NCBI GenBank assembly: GCA_964521915.1 | Contig: CAZFTP010000002.1 | Location: 159,675 to 223,674, forward strand | Source: an uncultured Candidatus Marinamargulisbacteria bacterium | Lineage (GTDB): Bacteria > Margulisbacteria > Marinamargulisbacteria > CAZFTP01 | DNA: 64,000 nucleotides | Reading direction: 5' to 3' | In this document: positions 55,953 to 64,000 of the stretch, in pieces | Layout of the letters: each line of letters begins with the position of its first letter | How positions within the stretch are numbered: position 1 is the stretch's first letter | Position numbers and translations under genes: made by a program | The notes under the pieces: model-generated | What the model was told of the DNA's origin: nothing | Databases searched by the model: none | Seen by the model: the letters and a program-made list of their open reading frames with translations, nothing else

Positions 55953-57710
55953 ATGATTAAATTCATAAAAGGGTTTTTCTTAAAAAACAAATATAATTGT
56001 TTTTTATATTTAATACTAATTTTGTGCTTAATGTTTCCGTATATATTTCTTCGTTATAAAGCACAAGTAATTGATACAATATTTTTAACTTCTTATCTGA
56101 AATTTTTAATTGGCGGTGTTTTTCCACCTTTAATTTTTTTAATTTGTTTTAATTTATTTAGTAATAAAATCTATCGCTATTTCATGATTTTTATTTATAA
56201 TTCCATATATTTCAGTGTTATTTTAAGTATCTTAATTTATTTTAAATATTTTAAAATAATACCTTACTACAATTCTATTTATCAAACTAATAATTTACCG
56301 GTTATTATGCATCAAATAATTTTTCAATTGATTGGGATAGAAGAATTATTCATTTTTATGCTTTTTATAATTTCAATAATAATTTCTATATTTTTAATTA
56401 AAAGTAGATTATTTAATCGAACAATTGCCTTGATTTTATTAATAATTGCTGTTGTTACTTTAATAACTATTCCTATAATTAGAATGAAATATAAAGAAAA
56501 AAGGAGTTTTGACTTAGTAGCTCTTCATATTAAAATAGATCCGGTAAATTCTTTTACTCTTTATGGCTTTTGGCCTTTTTATACAATACAAATTATAGAA
56601 GATTTAAAACGAAAAAACACATCAAGATATCAAGAGATAAAAAATTGTCCTAAATTAAATCAAAGTAATTTTAGGAAGAAAAATTTTAATTTTAAAAATC
56701 ACAATATAATATTTGTTCAAGTTGAAGGCTTAGATAACAGGATTATAGATTTAAAAGTTAATAATGAATATATTATGCCTTTTTTACATTATTTTAAACA
56801 AAATTCCGTTTATTTTTCGCATATTTACCATCTTAACGGGGGTGGTAATACCTCAGATAGTGAACTTTCTATTTTAACTGGTTTAATTCCATTAAAAAAT
56901 CATTCTGCAATTATGACAGCAAATTATAAAAAAATTAAAGCTTTAAATTCTCTTTTAGCAGAGCATAATTATTCTTCTGCTATTTTTCATGCTTATTCCG
57001 GTACATTTTGGAATAGAAATTGGTTTTTCAAAACTATTGGGATTGACAAATTTTATGAACAAAATTCATATACTGGGTTGGCCAGAGGATGGTTTTCTAA
57101 AGATTTGCCATTTTTTGAACAATCTTTGCCTAGAATTAAAAATATGACTCAACCATTTTTTGCTTTTTTAATTACATTACAAAGTCATGGTCCATTTGGA
57201 AATCATGATAAAACAAAATTAAATCTAAAATCAATAAAGAATCCATTATTAGTTAATTATTGTATTTCTATGAATGAAGTTGATACTGCTTTAGCTTTTT
57301 TTGTTAAAGAATTAGAAAAAGAAAAATTATTAGATAACACGATTATTTTTATTTTTGGTGACCATTCCTCATATATTGAAGATAAATTACTTAAAACAGA
57401 TGCAATTAATAAAGTCAGTATACCTTTGTTTATTTATAACAAGAAATTGAAACCAGCTATTATCAATAAAATAGGCTCAACCATTGATTTTGCACCAACA
57501 ACATTAGATCTATTAGCAATTCCTGAACCAAAGAACGTTTGGATGGGGACTTCTTTATTTTATGAAGGCGAAGGCAAAGTTTTATTTCAAAACTTATCTG
57601 TTATAGAAAGGAAAAATCAAAAATTAATTTATAAAAAAGATTTAACCTTACAACCATATTTAGACTATTGTTTTTATATTTTAGATTTCTATAAAATTCC
57701 CGGAGTTTAA
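55953..57710 (+). CDS. LTA-synthase / phosphoglycerol-transferase family sulfatase-fold membrane enzyme
   Basis: 5-6 N-terminal TM helices, then a sulfatase-like domain with VQVEGLD, GGGNTSDSE, LQSHGPF, GDHSS. Confidence 0.75.
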   Translation: MIKFIKGFFLKNKYNCFLYLILILCLMFPYIFLRYKAQVIDTIFLTSYLKFLIGGVFPPLIFLICFNLFSNKIYRYFMIFIYNSIYFSVILSILIYFKYFKIIPYYNSIYQTNNLPVIMHQIIFQLIGIEELFIFMLFIISIIISIFLIKSRLFNRTIALILLIIAVVTLITIPIIRMKYKEKRSFDLVALHIKIDPVNSFTLYGFWPFYTIQIIEDLKRKNTSRYQEIKNCPKLNQSNFRKKNFNFKNHNIIFVQVEGLDNRIIDLKVNNEYIMPFLHYFKQNSVYFSHIYHLNGGGNTSDSELSILTGLIPLKNHSAIMTANYKKIKALNSLLAEHNYSSAIFHAYSGTFWNRNWFFKTIGIDKFYEQNSYTGLARGWFSKDLPFFEQSLPRIKNMTQPFFAFLITLQSHGPFGNHDKTKLNLKSIKNPLLVNYCISMNEVDTALAFFVKELEKEKLLDNTIIFIFGDHSSYIEDKLLKTDAINKVSIPLFIYNKKLKPAIINKIGSTIDFAPTTLDLLAIPEPKNVWMGTSLFYEGEGKVLFQNLSVIERKNQKLIYKKDLTLQPYLDYCFYILDFYKIPGV

Positions 57711-57832
57711 AATACCCAAAAACTGAAATAATAACTATTCAACCATGTTCATAATTTCTAGGTTATCATTGATATAATATTTTCCCATGTTACAATAATA
57801 GTAGAAAATATTTAGTTGGAGGAGAATTTTTT

Positions 57833-58255
57833 ATGAGTAATAATTCAGTTAGTTCAGATTATTACAAACAAATTAGCCAAATGATTCAATATAATTTAAT
57901 CGGATCTGTCAGTAAACTTTTTGAAGACAGCAGTGACGATGATGACGATAATTCTTCAAGCATCAGTTCTGGTAGCACTAGTAGTTTATTCGGTAATTAT
58001 ACTAAGAGTTTTGATGAATTATTGCAGACTACTTTGAAATCAAATACCGAAAGTATTAGTAATCTTGATGCAACCGTTACATTTAATAATTATGATAAAA
58101 ATGCAGACGGTCAATTAAATGCGGATGAATTTAATCAATATTTAATAGATTCTAAAACCAGCAATCAAACTCAAGAAGATTATCTTTCTAATTTAATTAC
58201 GAATCCGAGTCAGTTAGATTTAACAAAACTATTGAATACTGATTTGGAAATTTAG
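57833..58255 (+). CDS. Small acidic Ser/Asp-rich protein with one canonical EF-hand loop
   Basis: DKNADGQLNADE fits the 12-residue EF-hand loop (D1 N3 D5 G6 L8 E12). GGAGG Shine-Dalgarno sequence. Confidence 0.6.
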   Translation: MSNNSVSSDYYKQISQMIQYNLIGSVSKLFEDSSDDDDDNSSSISSGSTSSLFGNYTKSFDELLQTTLKSNTESISNLDATVTFNNYDKNADGQLNADEFNQYLIDSKTSNQTQEDYLSNLITNPSQLDLTKLLNTDLEI

Positions 58256-58327
58256 TGTGCGGGACGCAGGTCTGCGTCTCCTCCAGTAATTTACACGTGT
58301 CTGGAATCTACGTTTGCCTGACAGAAT

Positions 58328-59950
58328 TTAATCTAGCAAGGTATTTACTTCTTTTAAATCTATTCGTTCAAGTAGATGCTCGTAAGAGTTAATTTTATGA
58401 TGCTGTATAGTTTCTGTTAAATTAATAAAATTAATTTCAGGGATGTTCAAAAACTGTTCAATTTTTTGTGCAGTAACAGGAATTACTGGTTTAAGTAATC
58501 CGGTAAATAATCTTAAAAAATTAATGCCGGAAGTACAAATTTGTTGAGCTAATGCTAGGTTTTCTTTAACTACTTGCCATGGGGCTGAGTCATTAATAAA
58601 CTTATTGGCAACTTCAATTAAACTCATTATTTCTTTAATTGCCTTATGATATTCTAAATCAAGATAGAGATCTGTTATTTGTGGAATTTTTGCTGTAAAT
58701 TCTGAGAATATTTTTTTACCTTCTTCTTCAAATTCACTTAATTCATTATTAAAATTTTTGGTTATTAAATTACCAAGTCTAGAGGCAATATTAATGAATT
58801 TATTAATTAATTCGGCGTTAATTTTATTAACGAAATCTTCAGTGCTAAAATCCAGATCACTAATAGAATTATTTAATTTACTGGCATAATAATATCTTAG
58901 TAATTCTGGGTTAAATTTATTTAAATAATCTTTGGCTAAAATAAAAGTGCCTCTACTTTTAGACATTTTTTGGGAGTTTACGGTGAGGAAACCATGAATA
59001 AAAACTTTTTTAGGCAGTTTAAAATTACTGGTTTTAAGCATAATCGGCCAGAATAGGGTATGAAAATAAAGAATGTCTTTACCAATAAAATGATAGATTT
59101 CATAATCTCCATTTTCAGACCAAATAGTATCAAATTTTTTTTGATCTCCTTTGCACCAATTAAGGGTGGAAGCCATGTAGCCAATAGGAGCATCCAGCCA
59201 AACATAAAAGAATTTATTTTCCGTTCCTGGAATTTGAAAACCAAAATAGGGTGCGTCTCTAGAAATGTCCCAATCTTTTAAACCTTCTTTAAACCATTCT
59301 TCCATTTTGTTTTTAATTTCTTCTCGTATAGGGTTTTCTTTTAGCCAGGATTTAACATCGTCTACAGAAGAAGATAATTTGAAAAAGAAATGTTGTGATT
59401 TTTTTAAAATCGGTTTGCTATGACATTCAACACAATACGGATTAATTAAATCTTGCGGATTATAAGTACCAGAACAAATTTCACAGTTATCGCCATATTG
59501 ATCTTCTGCTTTACATTTGGGACAAGTACCTTTAATAAGGCGATCTGGTAGAAAAATTTGACAATTAGGGCAAAAGTATTGTTCAATTTCTTTTTCATAA
59601 ATTAGATTTTTTTCTTTGGCAGATTGATATACATATTCTGCTAATTTTTGATTTTCCGAAGAATGAGTTGTGTAGTAATTATCAAATTCGATATAGAAAT
59701 CGTGAAAATTCTGGAGATGTTCTTGATGCATTTTTGAAATTAGTTCTTCTGGAGTTTGGTTAGTTTTTTTAGCAGAAAGCATAATGGCAGTGCCATGGGT
59801 GTCGTCTGCACAGATATAAATACAGTTATTACCAAGTAGTTTTTGTACTCTTACCCAGATATCGGTTTGAATAGTTTCCACTAAATGCCCAAGATGAATA
59901 CTGCCATTAGCATAGGGAAGTGCACTCGTGACTAGAATGTTTTTTGACAT
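58328..59950 (-). CDS. metG: Methionyl-tRNA synthetase (short form)
   Basis: PYANGSIHLGHL (HIGH), KMSKSRG (KMSKS), Zn knuckles CPNC..CPKC..CEIC. Confidence 0.95.
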   Translation of the reverse strand: MSKNILVTSALPYANGSIHLGHLVETIQTDIWVRVQKLLGNNCIYICADDTHGTAIMLSAKKTNQTPEELISKMHQEHLQNFHDFYIEFDNYYTTHSSENQKLAEYVYQSAKEKNLIYEKEIEQYFCPNCQIFLPDRLIKGTCPKCKAEDQYGDNCEICSGTYNPQDLINPYCVECHSKPILKKSQHFFFKLSSSVDDVKSWLKENPIREEIKNKMEEWFKEGLKDWDISRDAPYFGFQIPGTENKFFYVWLDAPIGYMASTLNWCKGDQKKFDTIWSENGDYEIYHFIGKDILYFHTLFWPIMLKTSNFKLPKKVFIHGFLTVNSQKMSKSRGTFILAKDYLNKFNPELLRYYYASKLNNSISDLDFSTEDFVNKINAELINKFINIASRLGNLITKNFNNELSEFEEEGKKIFSEFTAKIPQITDLYLDLEYHKAIKEIMSLIEVANKFINDSAPWQVVKENLALAQQICTSGINFLRLFTGLLKPVIPVTAQKIEQFLNIPEINFINLTETIQHHKINSYEHLLERIDLKEVNTLLD

Positions 59951-59990
59951 GGTTTAATTCTAGTTAGTATAAATATGAAAGTCAATGTTT

Positions 59991-60338
59991 GGGGGCTTAG
60001 GAGCCAGAAGACAGGAGTCAGGAGACAGAAAAAAAAATCTCTTGGGGTGTAGGGGCGAAGCCCCGCCAGGGTTTAAGGGACGGAGTCCCTTAAAAATGAT
60101 CTTTTTTTGTGCCCCTTTTTTTGCGAAGCAAAAAAAGGGGCACATAAAAAACTAGCGCCGCAGGCAAAAAAACAGAATGTTAAGATGAAGCCTTAAAGCC
60201 CGCCCGGCAGGGCAAAACAATTTCTCTCGTATACCCAGGTGGCTCTGCCACCTGGGTATACACCGGATTTTTAAGGCTCTGCCTTAACGCCACGCCGGCA
60301 GGCGAAAACGGGGTTCAAGGGGACGAAGTCCCCTTGAA
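59991..60338. repeat. Dense cluster of GC-rich hairpin repeats in the metG/rbp divergent region
   Basis: Hairpins at 60052-60064 (ggggcgaagcccc), 60073-60093, 60109-60143 (gtgcccc-T7-gcgaagc-A7-ggggcac), 60229-60261 (gtatacccaggtgg-ctctg-ccacctgggtatac), 60271-60287 and 60314-60338. Confidence 0.9.
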
Positions 60339-60562
60339 TCGAAAAAATCCTTTACAAATGAGAAAAATCATGAGTATAATTAACAAAAATAGGGTTTTCT
60401 TCTTACTTAATTGTGCTTAAGAGTTTCTCGAGTTTCGGAAAATGCTTGCAGGTTAGCTAGAGAAGAAAAAACAAGCAAAAAGGAAGTGATAAAATTTTCT
60501 GAGTGGAGAGAAAATAAAAGAAAGCAAAATTTAAGTATAAAAAATTATGTGAGGAGAAAAAA

Positions 60563-60931
60563 ATGGCAAAAAAATTATTCGTTGGTGGTTTACCATATAA
60601 TACAGCTGAGGAAACATTGAGATCTTTTTTTGAAGAAGTAGGTACAGTAGAAACAGCTAATATTATTTTCGATAAAATGTCAGGAAGATCAAAAGGCTTT
60701 GGCTTTGTAGAAATGGCAACAGATGAAGAAGCACAAAAAGCTATTGAAGAATTAAACGGAAAAGAATTAGGTGGTAGAACCATTATTGTTAACGAAGCTC
60801 GCCCAATGGAAAACAGACCTAGAACCGGTGGCAATGGCGGCGGTTTTAATAGAGGCGGAAATAGAGATTTTAATAGAAGTGGTGGCAGTGGCAATAGAAG
60901 TGGTTTTGGTAGCAAAAAAAGAGAATGGTAA
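60563..60931 (+). CDS. RRM-type RNA-binding protein with Gly/Arg-rich tail
   Basis: RNP2 LFVGGL, RNP1 KGFGFVEM, C-terminal GGNGGGFNRGGNRDFNRSGGSGNRSGFG. GAGGAG Shine-Dalgarno sequence. Confidence 0.9.
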   Translation: MAKKLFVGGLPYNTAEETLRSFFEEVGTVETANIIFDKMSGRSKGFGFVEMATDEEAQKAIEELNGKELGGRTIIVNEARPMENRPRTGGNGGGFNRGGNRDFNRSGGSGNRSGFGSKKREW

Positions 60932-60954
60932 TTTTAGTATATTAAAATAATTCT

Positions 60955-61680
60955 ATGACCTTATTTTCTATTATTACGGTTGTAAAAAATGGGGATAAGG
61001 TCATAGAAAAAACCCTCAAAAGTGTAATTAATCAAAATTATTCCTGGTTTGAATTTATTGTAGTAAATGGGGAATCAACAGATAAAACTTCGCAAATTAT
61101 AAAAAAATACCAAGAAAAAATAACACATGTAATTGAAGAACCGGATACTTCGGTTTATGAAGGTATGAATAAAGCAATTAAAAAAGCCAGTGGTACTTGG
61201 CTGTTATTTGTAAATTCTGGTGATAGCTTTGTAAGTAATAGTTCTTTAAATAAGTTAGCAGAATATTTAGCAAAAGGTGAGAAAAAAGGATTAATAGTTT
61301 TTCCAATATTACGAAATAGTATTAGCTTGTATCCTAAAAAATTTATTGATAATTCGGTTTATGTTGCTAAATTTTTTGGTCAGCAATCGATTTTGTATCA
61401 TCGAGATTTATTTGAAGAAAGAAAGTTTGACTTAAATTTTAAGTTTTTAGCGGATTTAGAGTTTTCATGTTATCAATTAATAGAAAATAAAATGCTTTTT
61501 AGTTTATATCCGCAACCAGTTCTTAATTATCCGATGACTGGTTTAACAGCTCAAAAAAGGTATTTTCGTGATTGTGCAAAAGAAAGGTTTTTTATTTATA
61601 AAAAATATCATTTATTAAATTTTGGGGAAGTAATAAAGTTTTTTATTAAAATGATTGTATTTTTTCATATACCTAGGTAA
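60955..61680 (+). CDS. Family 2 glycosyltransferase
   Basis: FSIITVVKNG, NGESTD, YEGMNKAI, NSGD. Confidence 0.8.
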   Translation: MTLFSIITVVKNGDKVIEKTLKSVINQNYSWFEFIVVNGESTDKTSQIIKKYQEKITHVIEEPDTSVYEGMNKAIKKASGTWLLFVNSGDSFVSNSSLNKLAEYLAKGEKKGLIVFPILRNSISLYPKKFIDNSVYVAKFFGQQSILYHRDLFEERKFDLNFKFLADLEFSCYQLIENKMLFSLYPQPVLNYPMTGLTAQKRYFRDCAKERFFIYKKYHLLNFGEVIKFFIKMIVFFHIPR

Positions 61681-61718
61681 CCCTTTGGGTAACAGCTTTT
61701 GAAAGACTCGAAATAGGC

Positions 61719-62708
61719 TTAATTTTTCAGTGAATAATGTTCTCTGATATTGATATCTCTTTCGGCATTAATTGCGGCAATCATGCCATCTGAAACAGCG
61801 GTGGCAATTTGACGTATTTGTTTTACTCTGATATCTCCGGCGGCATAAATTCCCGGAATATTTGTTCTCATAAATTCATCGGTTATTAAGTATCCTTTTT
61901 CATCAAGGTTTAAATTAAGATGAAAGATTATTTTTGAAGGTACTCTACCGATATAAACAAATACGCCTTTAACATCTAGCCAGGTATATTGAGAATTCAT
62001 CATATTTTCAACTTTAATTTTTTCAACTGTGTTTATTCCGAAAATTTCGGTAACTTTAGAATCCCACATTGGGTTGATTTTTTCGTTATTTAATATTTTT
62101 TCTTTTAAAGTAGCAACTGCTTTTAGTTGACTTGATTGGTGAATTAAATAAATTTTTTCTGCGTATTGAGATAAAAATTCTGCCGCATAACAGGCACAGT
62201 TACCGCCACCAAGTACGGCAATGGTTTTACCCTGGTAAAGTTCGGCATCACAAGGAGCACAGTACGAAAGTCCTCTGCCAAAGAATTTTTTTTCAAAACC
62301 AGTGTTTAATTTTTTGGGTTCCAAACCAGTGGCAATAATTACGGCTTTTGCTTTGTAAACATTGTTCATATCAGTTTTTACAATTTTTTCAAAGTTAAAA
62401 TCTTCAATATCTTCAACAAATTCAGTAGTATAGTGAATTGGAAAACGGAATAGGTGGTTTTCCATAATCTCACTTAAATTAATACCGTTTATTTTTGGAA
62501 AACCCAAGTAATTATTTATTTTAGCGGCTGTAGCTAATTCTCCCCCAGGTAAACTTTTTTCAATAATCAGAATTTTAAGCTTGGCTCTTGCCGCACAAAG
62601 CGCCGCTGACATACCAGCCGGACCAGCACCAATGATAATAATGTCAAAAACATCTAAATTTTTAGGAGTGATTTTTTTACTTTCAGTTAAAGTTTCTTCA
62701 TCAATCAT
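61719..62708 (-). CDS. trxB: Thioredoxin-disulfide reductase
   Basis: IIIGAGPAGMSAA, redox CAPC in SYCAPCDA, GGGNCACYAA, AAGDI. Confidence 0.9.
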   Translation of the reverse strand: MIDEETLTESKKITPKNLDVFDIIIIGAGPAGMSAALCAARAKLKILIIEKSLPGGELATAAKINNYLGFPKINGINLSEIMENHLFRFPIHYTTEFVEDIEDFNFEKIVKTDMNNVYKAKAVIIATGLEPKKLNTGFEKKFFGRGLSYCAPCDAELYQGKTIAVLGGGNCACYAAEFLSQYAEKIYLIHQSSQLKAVATLKEKILNNEKINPMWDSKVTEIFGINTVEKIKVENMMNSQYTWLDVKGVFVYIGRVPSKIIFHLNLNLDEKGYLITDEFMRTNIPGIYAAGDIRVKQIRQIATAVSDGMIAAINAERDINIREHYSLKN

Positions 62709-63271
62709 TAGTCTAACCTTTCCGGTAATTTATCCGGAGATAATATAATCTTAGTTCTGCCAGAGGTAATAATTTTTTTCTTTTTAATTAAAATTATGAT
62801 GGTATCCCCTGTTAACCGATCAACCCCTTGCCAGGCTTTGGCATTACCAATTAAAGAAAGTTTTTCTTGTTTTAAATCGTAAACAGCTTTATCTGAACTT
62901 GCTTCAATATCGTCTAATTTAAAATTTAAATCTCCAGTAGCAATAATAATTTTTTTATTAAAGTCAGCATCTAAATGGTCACAAGTTATAATGGCGTTAT
63001 CTTTAATTAGTTTTATATCTTGCAGTAATTTTACCTTTTTTTGTTTAGTAAAGTAAATAGCTTTTTTGCTAACAATTTTAATATCTTTAGTTTCTGCAGT
63101 TACATTTCCTTCAGCAGTAATTTGGTTTTTAATTCCATCATAAATTAAAGAATCTGCATTCAGAATTATATCATCGTTTTTAGCAAAACTTGTTAAGGGG
63201 AAAATCGTCACAGCTGTGATTATAATTAATAAAAAAGTAAGCAGATTAAATAGATATTTTTTATTCATCAT
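62708..63271 (-). CDS. lptA: LptA/OstA-family periplasmic protein
   Basis: Signal peptide, then repetitive beta-strand OstA-like sequence (ADSLIYDGIKNQITAEGNVT, ITCDHLDADF, IEASSDKAVYD). Confidence 0.6.
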   Translation of the reverse strand: MMNKKYLFNLLTFLLIIITAVTIFPLTSFAKNDDIILNADSLIYDGIKNQITAEGNVTAETKDIKIVSKKAIYFTKQKKVKLLQDIKLIKDNAIITCDHLDADFNKKIIIATGDLNFKLDDIEASSDKAVYDLKQEKLSLIGNAKAWQGVDRLTGDTIIILIKKKKIITSGRTKIILSPDKLPERLD

Positions 63272-63464
63272 GATAGTAAAAAGTTACTGAAAATCTTTTG
63301 ATAATTTAGCAGTTGATGCTTTATTTGGCAAATAGAATTTTTGTCCATAAAATATTTAGACAAGATTTAACAGTTTGTAAAATTAGATTTAACAAATTGC
63401 AAAATATTTACATGTGTCTCGAGTTCAAAATTTTGTTTTTTTTAAAAAAGAAACAAATTATAGA

Positions 63465-64000
63465 TCAATCCTTAATTTTTTGTAACAGTAAATCTATCTC
63501 TTCCTGAGTTTTAGCTTCAATAAAAATTCTTACAATTGGTTCGGTATTAGAAGGTCTGATATGTAGCCAAGATGAATCAAACATGAATTTATATCCGTCT
63601 AAATCTGTAAATTTAGCCTCAGCAAATTTTGTTTTTGCATTATTTAGTAATTCTTGTACTTTTTCTTTGGAATCAACTTCAATTTTACTTCTATGCATTA
63701 AGTATTTTGGGTAAGTTGCAATAATTTCCGATACTTTTTTCTTGCTTTCTGCTAAATAGAGTAGGGCAGTAATCATACCTACCATGCTGTCTCTGCCCCA
63801 ACCGATTTCTGGATAAATTACTCCGCCATTACCTTCACCACCAACATCAGCTTTCAGTTCTTTTAATTTGGCGGCTACGTTTGGCTCACCAATTTTTGTA
63901 TAAGTAACTTCTGCTTGGTATTTTTGGGCTAAATGTTCAATAACTAATGATGTTGAAAGGTTAATTACTACTTTTTTATTGGGATTTTTGATTTTAGAAA
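63465..64000 (-). CDS. Alpha-D-phosphohexomutase (GlmM/ManB-like), C-terminal part; the gene continues beyond the window
   Basis: WLHIRPSNTEPIVRIFIEA. The frame stays open upstream of the M chosen by the ORF track (..GGEGNGGVIYPEIGWGRDSMVGM). Confidence 0.85.
   Translation of the reverse strand, partial: SKIKNPNKKVVINLSTSLVIEHLAQKYQAEVTYTKIGEPNVAAKLKELKADVGGEGNGGVIYPEIGWGRDSMVGMITALLYLAESKKKVSEIIATYPKYLMHRSKIEVDSKEKVQELLNNAKTKFAEAKFTDLDGYKFMFDSSWLHIRPSNTEPIVRIFIEAKTQEEIDLLLQKIKD

Noticed and set aside
59960-60145. 61-aa minus-strand ORF (MCPFFCFAKKGAQ...)
   Set aside because: It is composed entirely of the GC-rich hairpin repeat modules. The open frame is a by-product of palindromic repeats.
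59991-60338. Possible CRISPR array, considered because there are many short palindromic repeats
   Set aside because: The repeats differ from one another, are irregularly spaced and have no unique spacers of constant length. No cas genes are present in the window.
60411-60915. ORFs 60411-60620 (plus strand) and 60457-60915 (minus strand) overlapping the RRM gene and its leader
   Set aside because: The minus-strand ORF is the antisense of the Gly-rich RRM gene and gives a Pro/Leu-rich artefact. The plus-strand ORF uses an alternative start and is out of frame with a gene that has perfect RNP motifs.
63313-63507. 64-aa plus-strand ORF in the lptA / phosphohexomutase spacer
   Set aside because: It runs through AT-rich intergenic DNA into the antisense of the mutase gene, with no motif.

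Overview
Strongly AT-rich bacterial chromosomal window using the standard code. I can support about 58 protein-coding genes (two run off the window edges), 2 tRNAs, 3 gene remnants and many GC-rich palindromic repeats. Most genes are housekeeping: glnE, tyrA, gcvT-gcvH-gcvPA, dnaG-rpoD, rsmA-pdxA, hisE, pdxJ, tRNA-Thr/tRNA-Phe, argS, folC, pheS-pheT, an nfnAB-like pair, rnhB, metG, trxB and lptA. An SLH-domain protein, LptA and a cyanobacterial-type RRM protein suggest an uncultivated diderm lineage, perhaps a Cyanobacteria-related candidate phylum; this is only a guess. The most interesting observations are these. (1) A 7.2-kb segment (36.4-43.6 kb) is bracketed by a 219-bp direct repeat of the rnhB 3' end. 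It carries an alpha-oxoamine synthase (CqsA/LqsA/SPT/BioF family), an orphan class-I HMG-CoA-reductase-like gene, a 7TM sensor kinase, a receiver protein, a kinase fragment and a HEPN/MNT pair. I read this as a candidate, undescribed small-molecule signalling or biosynthesis module on a decayed island. (2) A GC-rich nested palindromic element sits in-frame inside pdxA, much like Rickettsia palindromic elements. (3) Several families of GC-rich hairpin or mosaic repeats fill intergenic regions. (4) An atypically extended class-II aldolase-like and GlpX-like gene pair. (5) GlnE with an ACT-like N-terminal extension. (6) A YcaO gene embedded in an envelope glycosylation operon. (7) A Fic-HTH gene with an upstream palindrome, and a decaying MNT/HEPN pair. 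(8) Recurrent -10-like boxes 6-9 nt upstream of ATG codons that lack a Shine-Dalgarno sequence, which may indicate leaderless mRNAs. I saw no CRISPR array, rRNA, integrase or transposase. All functional calls rest on motif recognition by eye, not on database searches.
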